From NCBI RefSeq assembly GCF_011386835.1, contig NC_088809.1, positions 1,116,001 through 1,180,000 on the forward strand: a stretch of 64,000 bases of DNA. The letters run 5' to 3'. The stretch is from Chrysemys picta bellii (lineage: Eukaryota). How positions within the stretch are numbered: position 1 is the stretch's first letter; every line of letters starts with the position of its first letter. Of the stretch, positions 24,872 through 37,375 are shown in pieces. The position numbers were made by a program, and so were the translations under genes. The notes below the pieces were generated by a model. It saw only the letters and a program-made list of their open reading frames with translations. It was not told where the DNA came from and did not search any database.

Positions 24872-27354
24872 TCATATGCAGGTTTCCCATTGGCAAGGAG
24901 GGAAGACAACTTGGCACTCCAGGTCTCAGCGCTGTTTGCTCGGATTTCCCTGTGCACAGACCCGCCCTGATCATTAGGCCCACCCAGAAACAGTTGGATT
25001 TAGGGCTGCACCGAGAGCGGACCAATGTCTTCTGTCTGGCAGTAGCACCAGCTGTCACTCTAGAATGAGAACCATGACCGCTGAGCCATCAAGGGCGAAA
25101 GAGAGGGGCACCTAGAAAAAGGTGATAGTCTCAGTCACAAGCCACCTCAATGCCATGGAGGGCAATTGCCTCAAGTGCTGCCCAATGACATCAGCTCCTC
25201 CCCGTTAGTCACCCCTGGGAAATGCCCTGCACCCCATGTCACACTTGCCTAGCTCCCCTCACACCCCCCAGACTCAAAGCCCCTGTGTAGACGTGTGTCC
25301 GGGAGCGCACCTCGCCTGACTGACAGCCATCATTTTAGGTTAATTCTGGCTGCTCTAGCAAAGTCAGTTCCCCAGGCACAGAGTTTACAAGAAAGAGGGG
25401 CTGGGGAGCCAGGATGCAGCTACAACGCCCTCTCTTCACACAGCTTTTCTCTTCACACAAGAACTCCAGCCATTTGGAAACCACATTCTGGTTCCTGCCC
25501 ATGGCTTAGCTAGCCACAGCAGGTGAATTCAAACCATCTACTGCAGACTGGGCACCAGAGTTGTGCAACTGCAAGCTAGCTGATCAGGGCTTTGGCCATT
25601 CTAGACCCCTTTCCTGGAAGCCTCTGCTTCTGCACAAAGATGACCAAGCCCTTCCCAATAACTTAACTCTGTCCCTTTGGGGTGGCACAGTACCGAGCCA
25701 AGCATGTCATCCTGCCGGGGCCCTGCACAGGATTGTGCAATGAATGTTCCCCTACCTCACATCCTACAGAACAGGGTGGAGAAGAAATGGCTTTTTATTT
25801 GCTTAGATCCAAAGTTACTGATTATGCCCTCTGCACAAATAGAAGCTCATTTCCTGGCCACAGCCCTACTAAACTGGGGAGTGCAGAAGGAGAGCCCAGT
25901 TTGGATGGAGAAAGGAAGACAGGACAAGACTAATCACCCAGAATGTCTGACTAGCCAGGGAAGCAATTAGCCATTGATCTTTGAATATTCTGCATACACA
26001 CCCTCTGCTTTCACTTTGATTACTCATGGTAGGTCAGGGAAGGAGCCTAGCTACCGAGGTTACCAGCTGCAGGCTTAATACAAGTGTCTTGGGGGTCTGT
26101 CGCATCAGAAGCCTTCACTGTACCCCACACTCCTGCAGGCCCATCCACAGGTTCTCAGAGCTGTTCAGACTCCACTCCCAACATGCAGAAAGACAACCTC
26201 TGGCTTCTGGGGAGGTGTGGGACCTTCACGTGCAAAAGGGACCCCCACTGCTATACTCGAGCACCCCCCATCTACATTCAACCTGAATTAGAAGCAGCCC
26301 CTGGTTTGCTCAGGTGTGCAGCATGAGGAGTCACAGCACACCCCATTCCAAGCCCACACGCTGGGGAATAAAGCTCTGAACCAGACCTTGACCTTTCTGC
26401 ACTGCCTGTAAGGCACCTCCTCGGGGGAGCCAGGCTACAGACCAGTTTCTAACTCCCAGAGGGGAGCTTTCCTGTCCAAGCAGGAGTTGCTAATGCAGGA
26501 CAGAAACCAGGGCACAGCCAGTGTCACAGTTCTGCAGGGAAGGGGCTGTCAGCAGCAGTCACTGAGCTGTACATTTTCAAAGCTAGGTAGAGTGTGTGGC
26601 CTGCAGAGGGGGAGGGGCTCCTTCCAAGTGACCTTTAACTCGGCTGGGCTGACCACAATGACTGCTGCGGTCTCAGAGCACAAAGTGCTGACGCACTCTG
26701 CTCTGCGCATGCCCACGCTCAATGCTGTTCACCCTTTGCACCCATTTGGTTAGAGCAGGGGCTTGGCAGCAATTCAGGGCAGAGCCTGGCAAGCAACACC
26801 CCGCCAAATGGTGCACTCCGCACACGCTACCAGGCTTCTTCAGGGGCGTTTGCATTCCAGGGCTGGGAGCGCCTTACCGACATGGCGCAGCCAGCTCTCA
26901 CCTTCTCAGGCACAGAGGTTTGGGCTGATGGAGCTTTGCACAGCCTGGGGCAAGCTGGCCGTGAGACCAATGCCTTGGCGCACAAAGGAAGATGGGCTAC
27001 AACTAGAAGGGCCAGTTTATTAAAGAGAAACCTCACATCCCAGAGAATTCAAACACATTTGGGAAGGGCCCAGCCCTGCTGAGTGGGCCCAACTTCACAG
27101 CAGCACAGTCCTAAACGCCCCGAGCTCGGGCACCAGCCAGCGCCGGGGGGAAGTAAGGATTCACTAATACAGCTTATGATGCTTACAAGCAGCCTGAAAG
27201 AGCCAGTGTTAAAGTTCAGAAACTCCCCTTTAGCAATGGTTAAAACAAAATGGTTTAAAATAGTGAGAAGTTCCATATCCCTGGCTGCAGCAGGGTGGGA
27301 ACCAGAGATCTGCACTGCACGACTGTTCTCCTGGGGTACCGTGCTTAGGCTGCT

Positions 27355-30300
27355 CTACCAGTGAAGGCCAGAGGGAGGCGTCTTCTCATCTTTGTTGCTT
27401 TCCAATGAGAAGGGTGGGATTCGGACATCAAAGTGGGAGCCATCAGGCCTCTCAAACCGAAAAGTACCCCTGCAAAACGAAGTTAGAGACCAGACTGAGA
27501 CCAATGCACACCACGCCCCTCACAGTGCAGGAATGGAATGACAACTCCTGGGGGGAGGGGCATCAACCTTTCTGCACTCTGGCATTGCAGGGGCCTGCCT
27601 TCGCAGAATCCTCCCACCGGCAGGAAAGCATCACCGGCCATGTGACTCACTTATGACAAGGCGGTTAGCCCAACACAGAGCAGGCCACCCCGGGGGGAGG
27701 GGGGGGAGGAGAGGCCTAAAGCCACCCCCAGATAACTCGGACAATGCTCTGCTCAGGCCAGGCCGGAGACAGGCTAGGTTAGGCCATCTGAGTTTAGTTT
27801 GCAAATAGGTCAAATTCACATTCTTATTTACCAGCCGAAGCCCCAATGGCTCAGCAACCTGGGATCAGTCCTTAAAGGCCCATCACAGGCAGTTTGGAAG
27901 CTGAAGTTTCTGCTTCACAATTTCACAACGGAAGATTAAGCACTGAACACACATTTCCGTACACAGGTAAGACAAGTCAACTCCCCAGCAGGTCTCCCAC
28001 TGCCTCAGGAAAGCAAACTTGTGTGATGCAGGATGTGAGCTAACAGGGAGGGGTCTTGATAGATAAAACAATAGCTCTGAGTCAGATTCTTCATCACCTG
28101 AGAAGACCATCTTCTAGAAAGGAAGCCATGCGGCTTGGTGATTCCAGCCCCTTCCTCTCCCCACTACTGGAATGGCTTCCTAGCTGTGGCGCCTGTCTTT
28201 CCTTTCAGACTTTGGGGAGGAGGGCACTACAACGAGCTGCACTCTACTCCCAGGGGATCTTTCATTCAGCTAGTCAGGAATCCCTACCCATGCAAGGTGA
28301 AAGCCTGAGTTAGCAAGACCTGAAGGGACAGGTCTGCTGTAGTAATTCCAGCTCAGATACAAGTGTCTGCAAAGCAGCCCCCAGCTTCTGAGAAAGGTGT
28401 GCTCAAAGGTGGGGAAGAGAGGGGTCATGTGACACCTCTCCACAATGTGCACAGTTTAATGAACGAGTGGTTAGTTTTCAATGCTGCTGAAGTACATGGG
28501 ACTGCGTAAGCCAGGAACAATCCCAAGCGTCAGGCCTTTGGGCACTAAATTTCAGACTCACTCTGGGAGAAAGTCAGTGCACTTCACTAGCATTTCCTCC
28601 AGTGGGTTCTGCTAAAGGAAGGCCCGAGGGTACAAGAGCCCATACAACCCTGCCTCTGGGACTCAAGAGGGAACATGCCGGGGAGCTGATAATATAAGCA
28701 GATCATTTGGAAAGGGCCCAGCTCCGTCGCAAGGGAGAAACTGGGGAAGAAGGAGGAACCAGCTCGGAGTCTCTGCCAGGGCTCCCGGACAGCAGGGGTT
28801 CCTGGAACTATCACTACAGCCTGGTTTATGCAAACGTGCAGCCACCTTTAGTTGCCTTGTCCACACCCACCAGCTGTTGAGTCCTGTCAGAACCCCAGAC
28901 TGTGAGCTCTCTGGGACACAGACTGTCTCGGGGTCCTAATCTCCAACTGAGGACTCTGCACTACCACAACAGTGAATGTTTCTTACCACATGTGACCACT
29001 GGATGCCTGCAGTGAGACATGGCTGCTGTATTGAAATGCTGGCTGCTCTTTGGATAAGACTGGCTCCTGAGGACACAAAGAGACCCCACTGTATCAGTCA
29101 GATCCCCCGAGATTTCTCCACAGCCAGCCATTGGCAGATTTGCTTTGCAACAAAATCAGCAGAGCTCCTCAGGCTTCAAATGCTGCTTAGCAATTGTTTC
29201 TCTTCTTGCCATCACCACCCCCATAATAAAGGCCACACCCAATAAGCAGCACCAGCAGGACACCGTATTTCAGTTCTCCCCCAGTCAGATTGGGGGACTG
29301 AGTGAACTAGAACAACCCTCTGCTGACCAAATCTGCACTTTCTGCTGGGCTCCTTCCTGGGGTAATTCTGCAGGACTGCGAGCCTGCATAAAGCCCCACC
29401 CCTGGGGCAGGCAGAAAACAGCAGGGAACCAAAGGGAGGGCGTGCGGGGGAGGGGGAACGACCATTGGCACAGTTTTGGGGGGAACTGCCCCCAAACAGA
29501 GGCGAGGCATGGGGGGCATGCAGGGTTACGTGCCCCCCCGCTCCCCCATTTCTGCAAGCTGCCTAGCTGAAGGGGGCTGCAGCTCTTCTGACTCTGCAGT
29601 TGAACGCCGCCTCCTGGGTCCTAGTGCCTGTCGAGCTCCCCTTCTGTGCAGCAGCGTGTGCCCGCAGTGGGGCTGGGTAAGGCACAGCGGGGAAATGAGG
29701 GGAGGGACGGGGGGTAAGGAGAAGAGGTAGTGGGGAAGGAAGGGGGGGGTGGAATAGGGCGGGGGAGGGGATTGTGGAGTGAGGCATAGATGCTGGAACT
29801 AGCGGTGGAGGCTGCAGGGTGATCTCCCACCTCAATGCAGCCAGTGCCCTGTGCTCCCCACTGTCATGCCGGAGCCACATTTATTTATTGACAAATAACA
29901 TTTGCAGAATTTTAAAGTATTGCGCGCAGAATTTTTCGGTGCAGAATTCCCTCAGGAGTGACAGAACCTGCAAGGAACTGTGCACATGACTCTTTCACAG
30001 CGCACACTTACTGCAGTCACTGGAAGTGCCCATTAAGCCGCATACTGATAAATCAACCCAGGGCGAGTGCTCAGACATAGCCTCCATTTGGGGGACAGAT
30101 ATCAGGCAATACTTACCCTTCCCACAACTCCTCGGCCCCGGACAGTTTCCAGGGTGCCAGACAAACTAAATATCCTCCAGTGCCGTTCTCGCAGTTGTAC
30201 CACCTCATTGTCAAGGTTCTCCAAGCGGATACAGTAACGCCACTAGAGAGGCAAGAGACAAAGTCGTCAGGAGCTGGAGCCAGCCGCCAATAGGCCAGGT

Positions 30301-33300
30301 ATCAGGTCCACTTGCTGATGCCACCCGCCCTCAGAGCCCATCATGATAAATCTGTCCATAGCCATGGTGGGGCTTCCAGCACCTCACAGCAAAGAAATGC
30401 CCTCCTCCTCCTCCGGCTGTTTTACAGAAGCACAAGGCACTTACCCAATAGACGTGGGAATTCTGGGCTTCCTGTCAAGAGAAATAAACTAGTTTAATAG
30501 ATGTCCTTCAGCTCAGCACCAATGCCCCTTCAGCGATCAGCACAGCACAAGCACGCAGGGCTGACTGGGCAGCACAGACTGAGGCACTCTCCAAATTCAC
30601 CCATGAGTTAGTCCCTCATTCCCAGGGTAACACTGGCCTGAGCATCTATGTAACTGTGACAGAAGAGCTCCAGGGATCCACCAGTGACTGGAGAACTGAC
30701 CAGTCATGGGTACCCCTGTTAATTATACCTCTGTGCTGTTAGAGGATGCCCAACTCCACATGCTGTTGGTTAGCAGATGGGATACATACCAGTTCAGCTC
30801 TCCAGAAGCTTAGCTTCCATCAGGGCCTGCCTGTGTTGTGGTCCAAGGCTGCCTTACAATCCTACTGATCCTAGAAGCATTGTTTATTTTGAAACTGTAT
30901 GTGTAAATCCCCAGCTCTCCACCCCACAAGACAGCTGGCTAATACACAAGCTGAACCCCGAGCAGCGGGGTGTCCGAAGCACAGGGTGTCAGCTGAATCC
31001 AGAAAGCTTTAATCAGGGAACTCCTCAGCCCCAGGGAGAAGGCAAAGCAGCCGAGTGTCAAACCCCAGGCGGGGCGACTAAGTGTAACTCACTGCGGTCC
31101 AGATTGCGCTGGTGCCATTTTACATCCAACACTAACAGCAGGGAGTGTTAATGATACAGGCATTGTGAAAATTCTCACCTGCCCTTTAGTAGCACCTCTC
31201 CCACAGAGCAGCCCAAGGCGTTTCACAGAACTCAGCTAACAACTAGCAGGGGCTGAGATGGGGATGTTCCCATAACCATTCTGTCCCATGTTTCCATGTT
31301 CACGACCATTGAGGATAATGATATGTGAGGATGCAACTAGAACAAGAAGCCAGGTCACAGGACGAAAGCAAGATGCTGCAGCAGGACTCGGCGCTATCTG
31401 CACTGGCCCATAGAAAGGATGGGGGTGTTTTAAATGGGGTGGAGAGAGTAACAATGGTGTCCACGCTAGGTAAGACCCAGACCTACCCTCATGCCCATGT
31501 AGAAGGGGATGACGGTGACCCGGATATTCTCGGTGGTTTCTCGGTGCACATCAGACAGCTCTAACCAGGGATGATTCTTTTCCTGCCACGCACACAGCGT
31601 GTCCCTCGCTACAAAAGGCGGAACTGCAGGGAGTGGAAAGATGACAGTTTATCCAAAAGGCTATAGATAAGCTACTGAACTCCCGCCTCTCAGACAGAGC
31701 GGCAGCTTTTACATGGTTACAGAGGTCTGTCTAAGGATGCTTCTGCTAGAACAAAGCCTCTCACCCCATGGGTAATGCACTGCACCTAAGACAATGAGCT
31801 GCAGATGCCGGTCTTTCCTTATGAAGGTGCCTTATAGGAGCACACGGCTCTGTAGAGGCTTTCTCTAGGGCAAGGCTCGAGGGGCATGCAGTTACCTTTT
31901 GTCTGGTCGTACATAAGAAACCTCTCAAAGAGCTCGTGCTGGATTGGCACCTGATCGGTGGAGCTGTAGGGAAGGATGTCTTCATGGCTTACATAGTCTA
32001 GACCTAGAGAAGAAGCCTACATCAGCCATTAAATGCCATCAGCAAAGGGAGATTCACAGGAAGCATCTTAGCAGGGCAATAAATTACACTAATGAGTAGT
32101 AAAGAAAGGGCCTGGCAGAGGAAATCTAAACTAGCAAAACTATCCTCAACCTACAGGATACTCCCTGGCAATAATTCTTCACAACTCGCTTTACCACCTT
32201 CTTCAAAAGGGATACATACTTCTCCAATTCTCTTCTTGAGTCACTAATGGCTGCAGAAGTGATTAGACTATCACACAAGGACTTCAGATAGGGAACACAA
32301 CAGAAGGAGAAACAGAGATCCAGCAGCCCTAGAAATAAAGGAGGCGAAAGGAATGCAGGGTGTAGGATCTGAGAATATCTACTGCTAAGTAGAGAGAGTG
32401 GGGTTTGGGGTCAACAGCTCAAAGTATCTGAGCAACAGTCAAGACTCCCTCACTCGCCTAGCCACCGACTCCAATTGAACATACCTCTTCACACTGCTGT
32501 GCATGTCAGTCACTCGACTGTTCTCCAAGAGGCCTACAAACTGCACCTAGGACAAGGCATTCCAGGGGTAGATCTACGTACTGCTGTTACTAGACTTCAC
32601 TAGTGATGGTACCTCTCATGGTCCTCCTCGCCTGATCTCACGAGAATCTGCACTCTCCAGAAAGCTTAAGAGCAGCTATTTACTCACCTGGTATGGCATA
32701 GAGAGCTCGACTGTCGTCATGATTTGCCAGGAACGTCACTGCTTCCGTCTGTGACCTCTGAGACTGAAAATAAGGGGGATTTAGCGCTTCGAATGGACAA
32801 TACTGTGGGCCGACAGCAGTTTTATTCTTCTTCTCTCAAGATTGTACATTTATTTCATTTAACCAGTTCAGCTCAGAACAAACATTTCTCTTGTTTTAAT
32901 CTCCTAGAGAAAAATCACAATTCAAACACCAACTAAAAAGATTTTGTTCCTATTGCCTTTACCTAACCTGTCAAGTATCAGAAGGGTAGCCGTGTTAGTC
33001 TGGATCTGTAAAAAGCGACAAAGAGTCCTGTGGCACCTTATAGACTAACAGACGTATTGGAGCATAAGCTTTCGTGGGTGAATATGTCTGATGAAGTGGG
33101 TATTCACCCACGAAAGCTTATACTCCAATACGTCTGTTAGTCTATAAGGTGCCACGGGACTCTGTCGCTTTTAACCTAGGCAGAAGAAAAATGACCTACT
33201 CAGAAGAGTAATGGTTAAACATTTCTGATGATCTTTCTTAGCAGAATGATGACCTGGTAAAACAGATCCAGTCAGTCACCCCTGTTCCAAACATTCCCAC

Positions 33301-35399
33301 CATAGAGGAACAACATTAACAGCACGCTCCCAGCCTTTCATTACAGCTGCTGTCTGCATCTAAGGAATTAACAGAAGAGGGAGATCTTTGGGTGTCAAGA
33401 ACAAGGTTATCAGACACTTACTATATGTGGGCAATCCCGAGCATCTATTAGCACTTGATAGTAGGTATGAGTTTTGCCTTTGACTTCTTTGGATCCATGA
33501 CCTGCTGCACTTTCACTCCTAAAGAGAAAGACAAATTCTGAGCACAAGAGCTCCTTTCACTAGCCTACACCCTACGGATGTGATTACACCTGCCAGCAGC
33601 AAGTGAGACAGAGTGGGAATAAGTTTGGTCATACATCAGGTTGCATCTCTGATATTGTGGATAAAGTACAAACAGTTGCTACCCGCAACAAGTTCATTCT
33701 TAAAGGAAAAGGGGGTTCTGAATACACTGCAGGATCTTCAGTCACTCCATTTCAGTCAATGTGAGATTCACACCACCCACACATACAGCAATAAATGATG
33801 AGAGATGCCAATATATATATATATATCCATGTCAGTGGCATGATAGCCCCCATTTCCAGAGATTGAGAAGTGTCTCACTAGTCAGTCAGGCTTCCTATCT
33901 GGGTTAATGCTTTCACTCCGCCCTTATTTTCAATGTGTTCACTCCTCAGTCCTATCTATGTTCCACAAGACTCACTTGCGGGGTTCATCAGTTGCATGGA
34001 GTGGAAGGTGAAAGACAAGGAGGCTCCATCTCCGAGAAGGCTGAACTGAACCTAGCTTACCAAGACTGGAGCCAAGGCCAACCAGTTCAAATCACTAGTT
34101 ACCTATACAGCAACCTACACCTAAAGCCACAGGAGTTTCTTTCGTTAACATACAATTCCACCATCCATTTGTTTTCTAAAGCACACACACCATTCCCTAA
34201 AACCTTCCTCCCATCTTTTAACTTCGTCTAAATTAATACCAAAATAGTTTCTCTTATTATGAGCTGATCTCTCCCAGTTTGATGCTCACACAAAAGTCAC
34301 CCAAGGCTTTGCCTCACTCTTTCCTAAAACCTCTGTGATCCTGACCAGGAAGAACAGTGAAAGGCGTAAGCAGCATGGGAGTAAATGAACAAATGTAAAT
34401 CCTTACTTTTCTGGAACAGGAGAAGCAACATCCCGATCATACAACCTGGCTTGCCAGGGAAACAGGACTATTCCTCGGTAGCCAAATACACTGTGAAGAA
34501 ACAGCTGAAAAGGGGAATCATAAACTTTAGTTCTGTGTAAATCACAGCCAAGAGATTAAAACGCACCTCAAAAAAAGGGTAACAACCTCGCACTTCTAAA
34601 GCAGCAGCATTTTATTTTTATTATGCAGGGAGAACTAGCAAGATTTGGGCAGAACCTGGGTTGATGGGGCAGGGGAGAAGAAAGAATCTAAGACATGCTC
34701 CATTTTCTGGGCCTGTTGACAGAGAGGAGAGTGGTGACAGAGAACGAGGGAACGGAGAAGGCTTGGGAGGAGAGAGAAGTGGGAACTAAACACCCCGGAG
34801 CTGTCGGAGCCGCAGGCAGAGCTGGTCGGGGGCGCAGCGAGGCCAGGAATGGAGACGGGCTTGCGAGGGCTCGGCACAGCGGGGGCAGGTTCACTCTCCC
34901 TTGCTGCTGGAGGGACGATGCTCGGGAGCGAGCAGAGCAGAGCACCCGGCGCTAAGGCGGGTTTCAGCGGCCGGAGTCTCTCCGCTCTGCCGCAGCGAGG
35001 GCAGGGCCAGCGCTCCGGGCACCCGCCTGACACCTACCTGGCCCGTTTCGTATTTGCCCTGCGGCTTCGGCACCTCGAACACTCCCACCGGCTCCAGCAC
35101 TTTGCCCTCGGCCCGGTTCCTGGGGGGGAACCACAGCGAGTCAGGCCAGGCGGGGGCCGGGGTCCCGCAGAGCCCAGCTCCCCGCCCCGCCCCGCGGACC
35201 CCGCCCCGCCCCGGCCCGCGGACCCGACCCCGCCTCACCGGGACGAGAGGTGGCGGCGCGGGGGCAGCTGCGAGGCCCCGGGGCCCCCCGCACACAGCGC
35301 CCGGAGGCCGCGGCTCGGGGCCTCCCTGAGCGGCAGCGCCCGGACCCGGCACCTGCTCAGCGCCGCCGCCAGGTAGCGCCGCGCCGCGCAGCCCGACAT
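27355..35399 (-). CDS. POLDIP2: Polymerase delta-interacting protein 2 (PDIP38), complete, 11 exons, 368 aa
   Basis: Exons (- strand): 35399-35239, 35119-35038, 34504-34407, 33518-33422, 32763-32688, 32003-31896, 31623-31487, 30471-30445, 30242-30117, 29066-28987, 27469-27355; total 1107 nt. YccV-like (GYRGIVLFPW, TYYQVLIDARD) and ApaG (WRYCIRLEN, GRGVVGREP, GHMWGTF) domains. C-terminus TPPSGLHW*. Confidence 0.97.
29520..29960. repeat. Interspersed repeat (probable DNA-transposon derivative) in POLDIP2 intron 9
   Basis: ATTTATTATTGACAAATAACATTTGCAGAATTTT...GCAGAATTCCCTCAGGAGT resembles a frequent turtle repeat end. Family not identified; boundaries approximate. Confidence 0.4.
32973..33172 (+). 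mobile_element. Penelope-like element terminus with an inverted duplication and a minimal hammerhead ribozyme
   Basis: Arms 33011-33084 and 33101-33172 are near-perfect reverse complements. Core CTGATGA-A-GTGGG-TATTCA-CCCAC-GAAAGCTT at 33088-33119. Confidence 0.8.
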
Positions 35400-35623
35400 G
35401 CCGCCCGCCCAGGCCGGCCGAGCCGGGACAACGGAAGGGCCTGGCGCTGACACCACCCCCGGGCCACAATGCACCGCGGGGCCGCCACCCCCGCCGGTTA
35501 TGCAACCTCCGCCTTCCCAGCGCCCTTTGCGAGCGGCCACTCCCGGAGAAGCCGATCTCTATGGTTCATCGGAGATGCCTTGGGAACGGGCCTGTGATCA
35601 TGTGACCCCCCGTCCTGTCCAAG
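35400..35623. promoter_or_regulatory. Compact bidirectional CpG promoter of POLDIP2/TMEM199 (224 bp between ATGs)
   Basis: Head-to-head start codons at 35399 and 35624. TCATGTGAC at 35598-35606. YY1-type AAGATGGCG over the TMEM199 ATG. Confidence 0.8.
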
Positions 35624-37339
35624 ATGGCGTCCTCCATACTGGCGGGGGAGCGGCTGGTGCGGGCGGCGGCCTCTGCCAGCGGGGAGCTTGGGCGGCTTCC
35701 CCGCGAGCTGCGGGCGGAGCTGGAGGCCGCTTTGGGGGCCCAGGCCGCCGGGCGCGGCCCCCTCGTCCCCTTCAGCCTGCTCCGGAAGCTGCAGGGCGCC
35801 CTGCGCCAGGCAGGTGAGAGGCGCCGGTCGGGGCCATGGCCTGAGGCTGAGCGTCCGCCGGGCTCATTTCCGGCCCCCTACAGCCAGGGTCGGCGCGGGG
35901 GGGCACGAGGGGTACACTTACTTCCCCCCAAGATCTTCTAGGGGGCCCCAAATTATTGTCAGCAAAGCCAAAACATGCACAAAGTTATCCACGGCTAAGC
36001 GGCGGAACAGCAGCAGAGCGGGAGCTTCACCCTTTATATGAACTATAAATACATGCAACATACTGACACCGCAGCCAAACTTTGCTTTTGCAGACTCTTA
36101 AAATCTAAGATTTTCTAGGGAGTTAACTAGCCCCTGGAATCCTGGAAGGTTGTTTGCTTTTTAAATAGCATCCAGGGTCCCCAAAATACCTACTCCCTCC
36201 TCCAGTAATGGGACTCTAAAACTGACTTCCATCTCCTGTGAATGTCACAGTCTTGATCTGCCTCCGCTGAAATCCTTCTCCCGGTTCCTAGCTTCTCTGT
36301 GGTCTCCCCAAGTCCCAGCTTCCCAGCAAAATGCTGCTGCTCTCTTTCTCACCCATACAGAGAAACATGGCCCCATTGTACTATCTTCAGACTGCTCCCT
36401 GTTACTTCAGGCAACTTGGAACTGGAGCCTTCCATTCTTGTCTATAAAAACCTCCATGGATTTTGAGTCACCTGTCCTAATGGATCTCTTGTCTCTAACT
36501 CCCCTCTCTTGTCTAGAACCATCAACCTCTGCCCCTTCAGACAGTGTGGCCAGCATTGGTGTTGACTTCTCTCCAACTCCTGCCTCCAGAGACCCCTTTT
36601 TGTATCTCAGCCTCCTTATTATGTCTATACCTCTGACATGTTTCTTTCCCTGTTGCAGGAAGGATGGCTGTATAATTAAGGCACAGGATTTAGAATTTAA
36701 GGCACAAATTGGGCTTTTTTCATGGCTCTGCCACTTTGGGAAAATCACTTAACGTCTATCCCTTAGTTTCCTCATCTGTAAAATGAGGATAATGCTAACT
36801 TCACAGGGTATTTGGTGGCCTAAGTTATTGTTTTTAAAGTGCATTGAAATCGTCAGCTTGTAGGTGTTAGACAAGTGCATAGTATTAATCTCTAACTCCT
36901 CTAAACTGTTTGAGGATCCATCTCAGATGATAGACTCTACAAACCTTGTACTTTAAAGCAACAGTTAATTTTATCCACAAAGTGTTCTCTCAGAATTGAC
37001 TGAATGAAAACTATTGCGAAGTGTAAAAATTCAAGTTAAACAGTCAAAATAAACCCCCTCATTTTACAATATTTCCTCACTTACCTTGTTAACATCTTCA
37101 TTGCTCAAACTGATCTCAAATCTAATTTGAAATCTAGTTATAATGCTACTTGTCTTTCATTTATCCTGGAACTGTGAACCTAGCTAGTTTCACTTTAGTA
37201 CTCTTGTACTAAGCAGATGCTGTTAGGTGGAAGGGTCAGGATTTTTATTTTGTTCTCCTTGACAACCTATTTAACTTAACGAAAACAATTTTGTTTAAAA
37301 TTAGTTGTTTTTAAACTCTGTTTCTCTCACTCACACACA

Positions 37340-37375
<36 letters not shown>

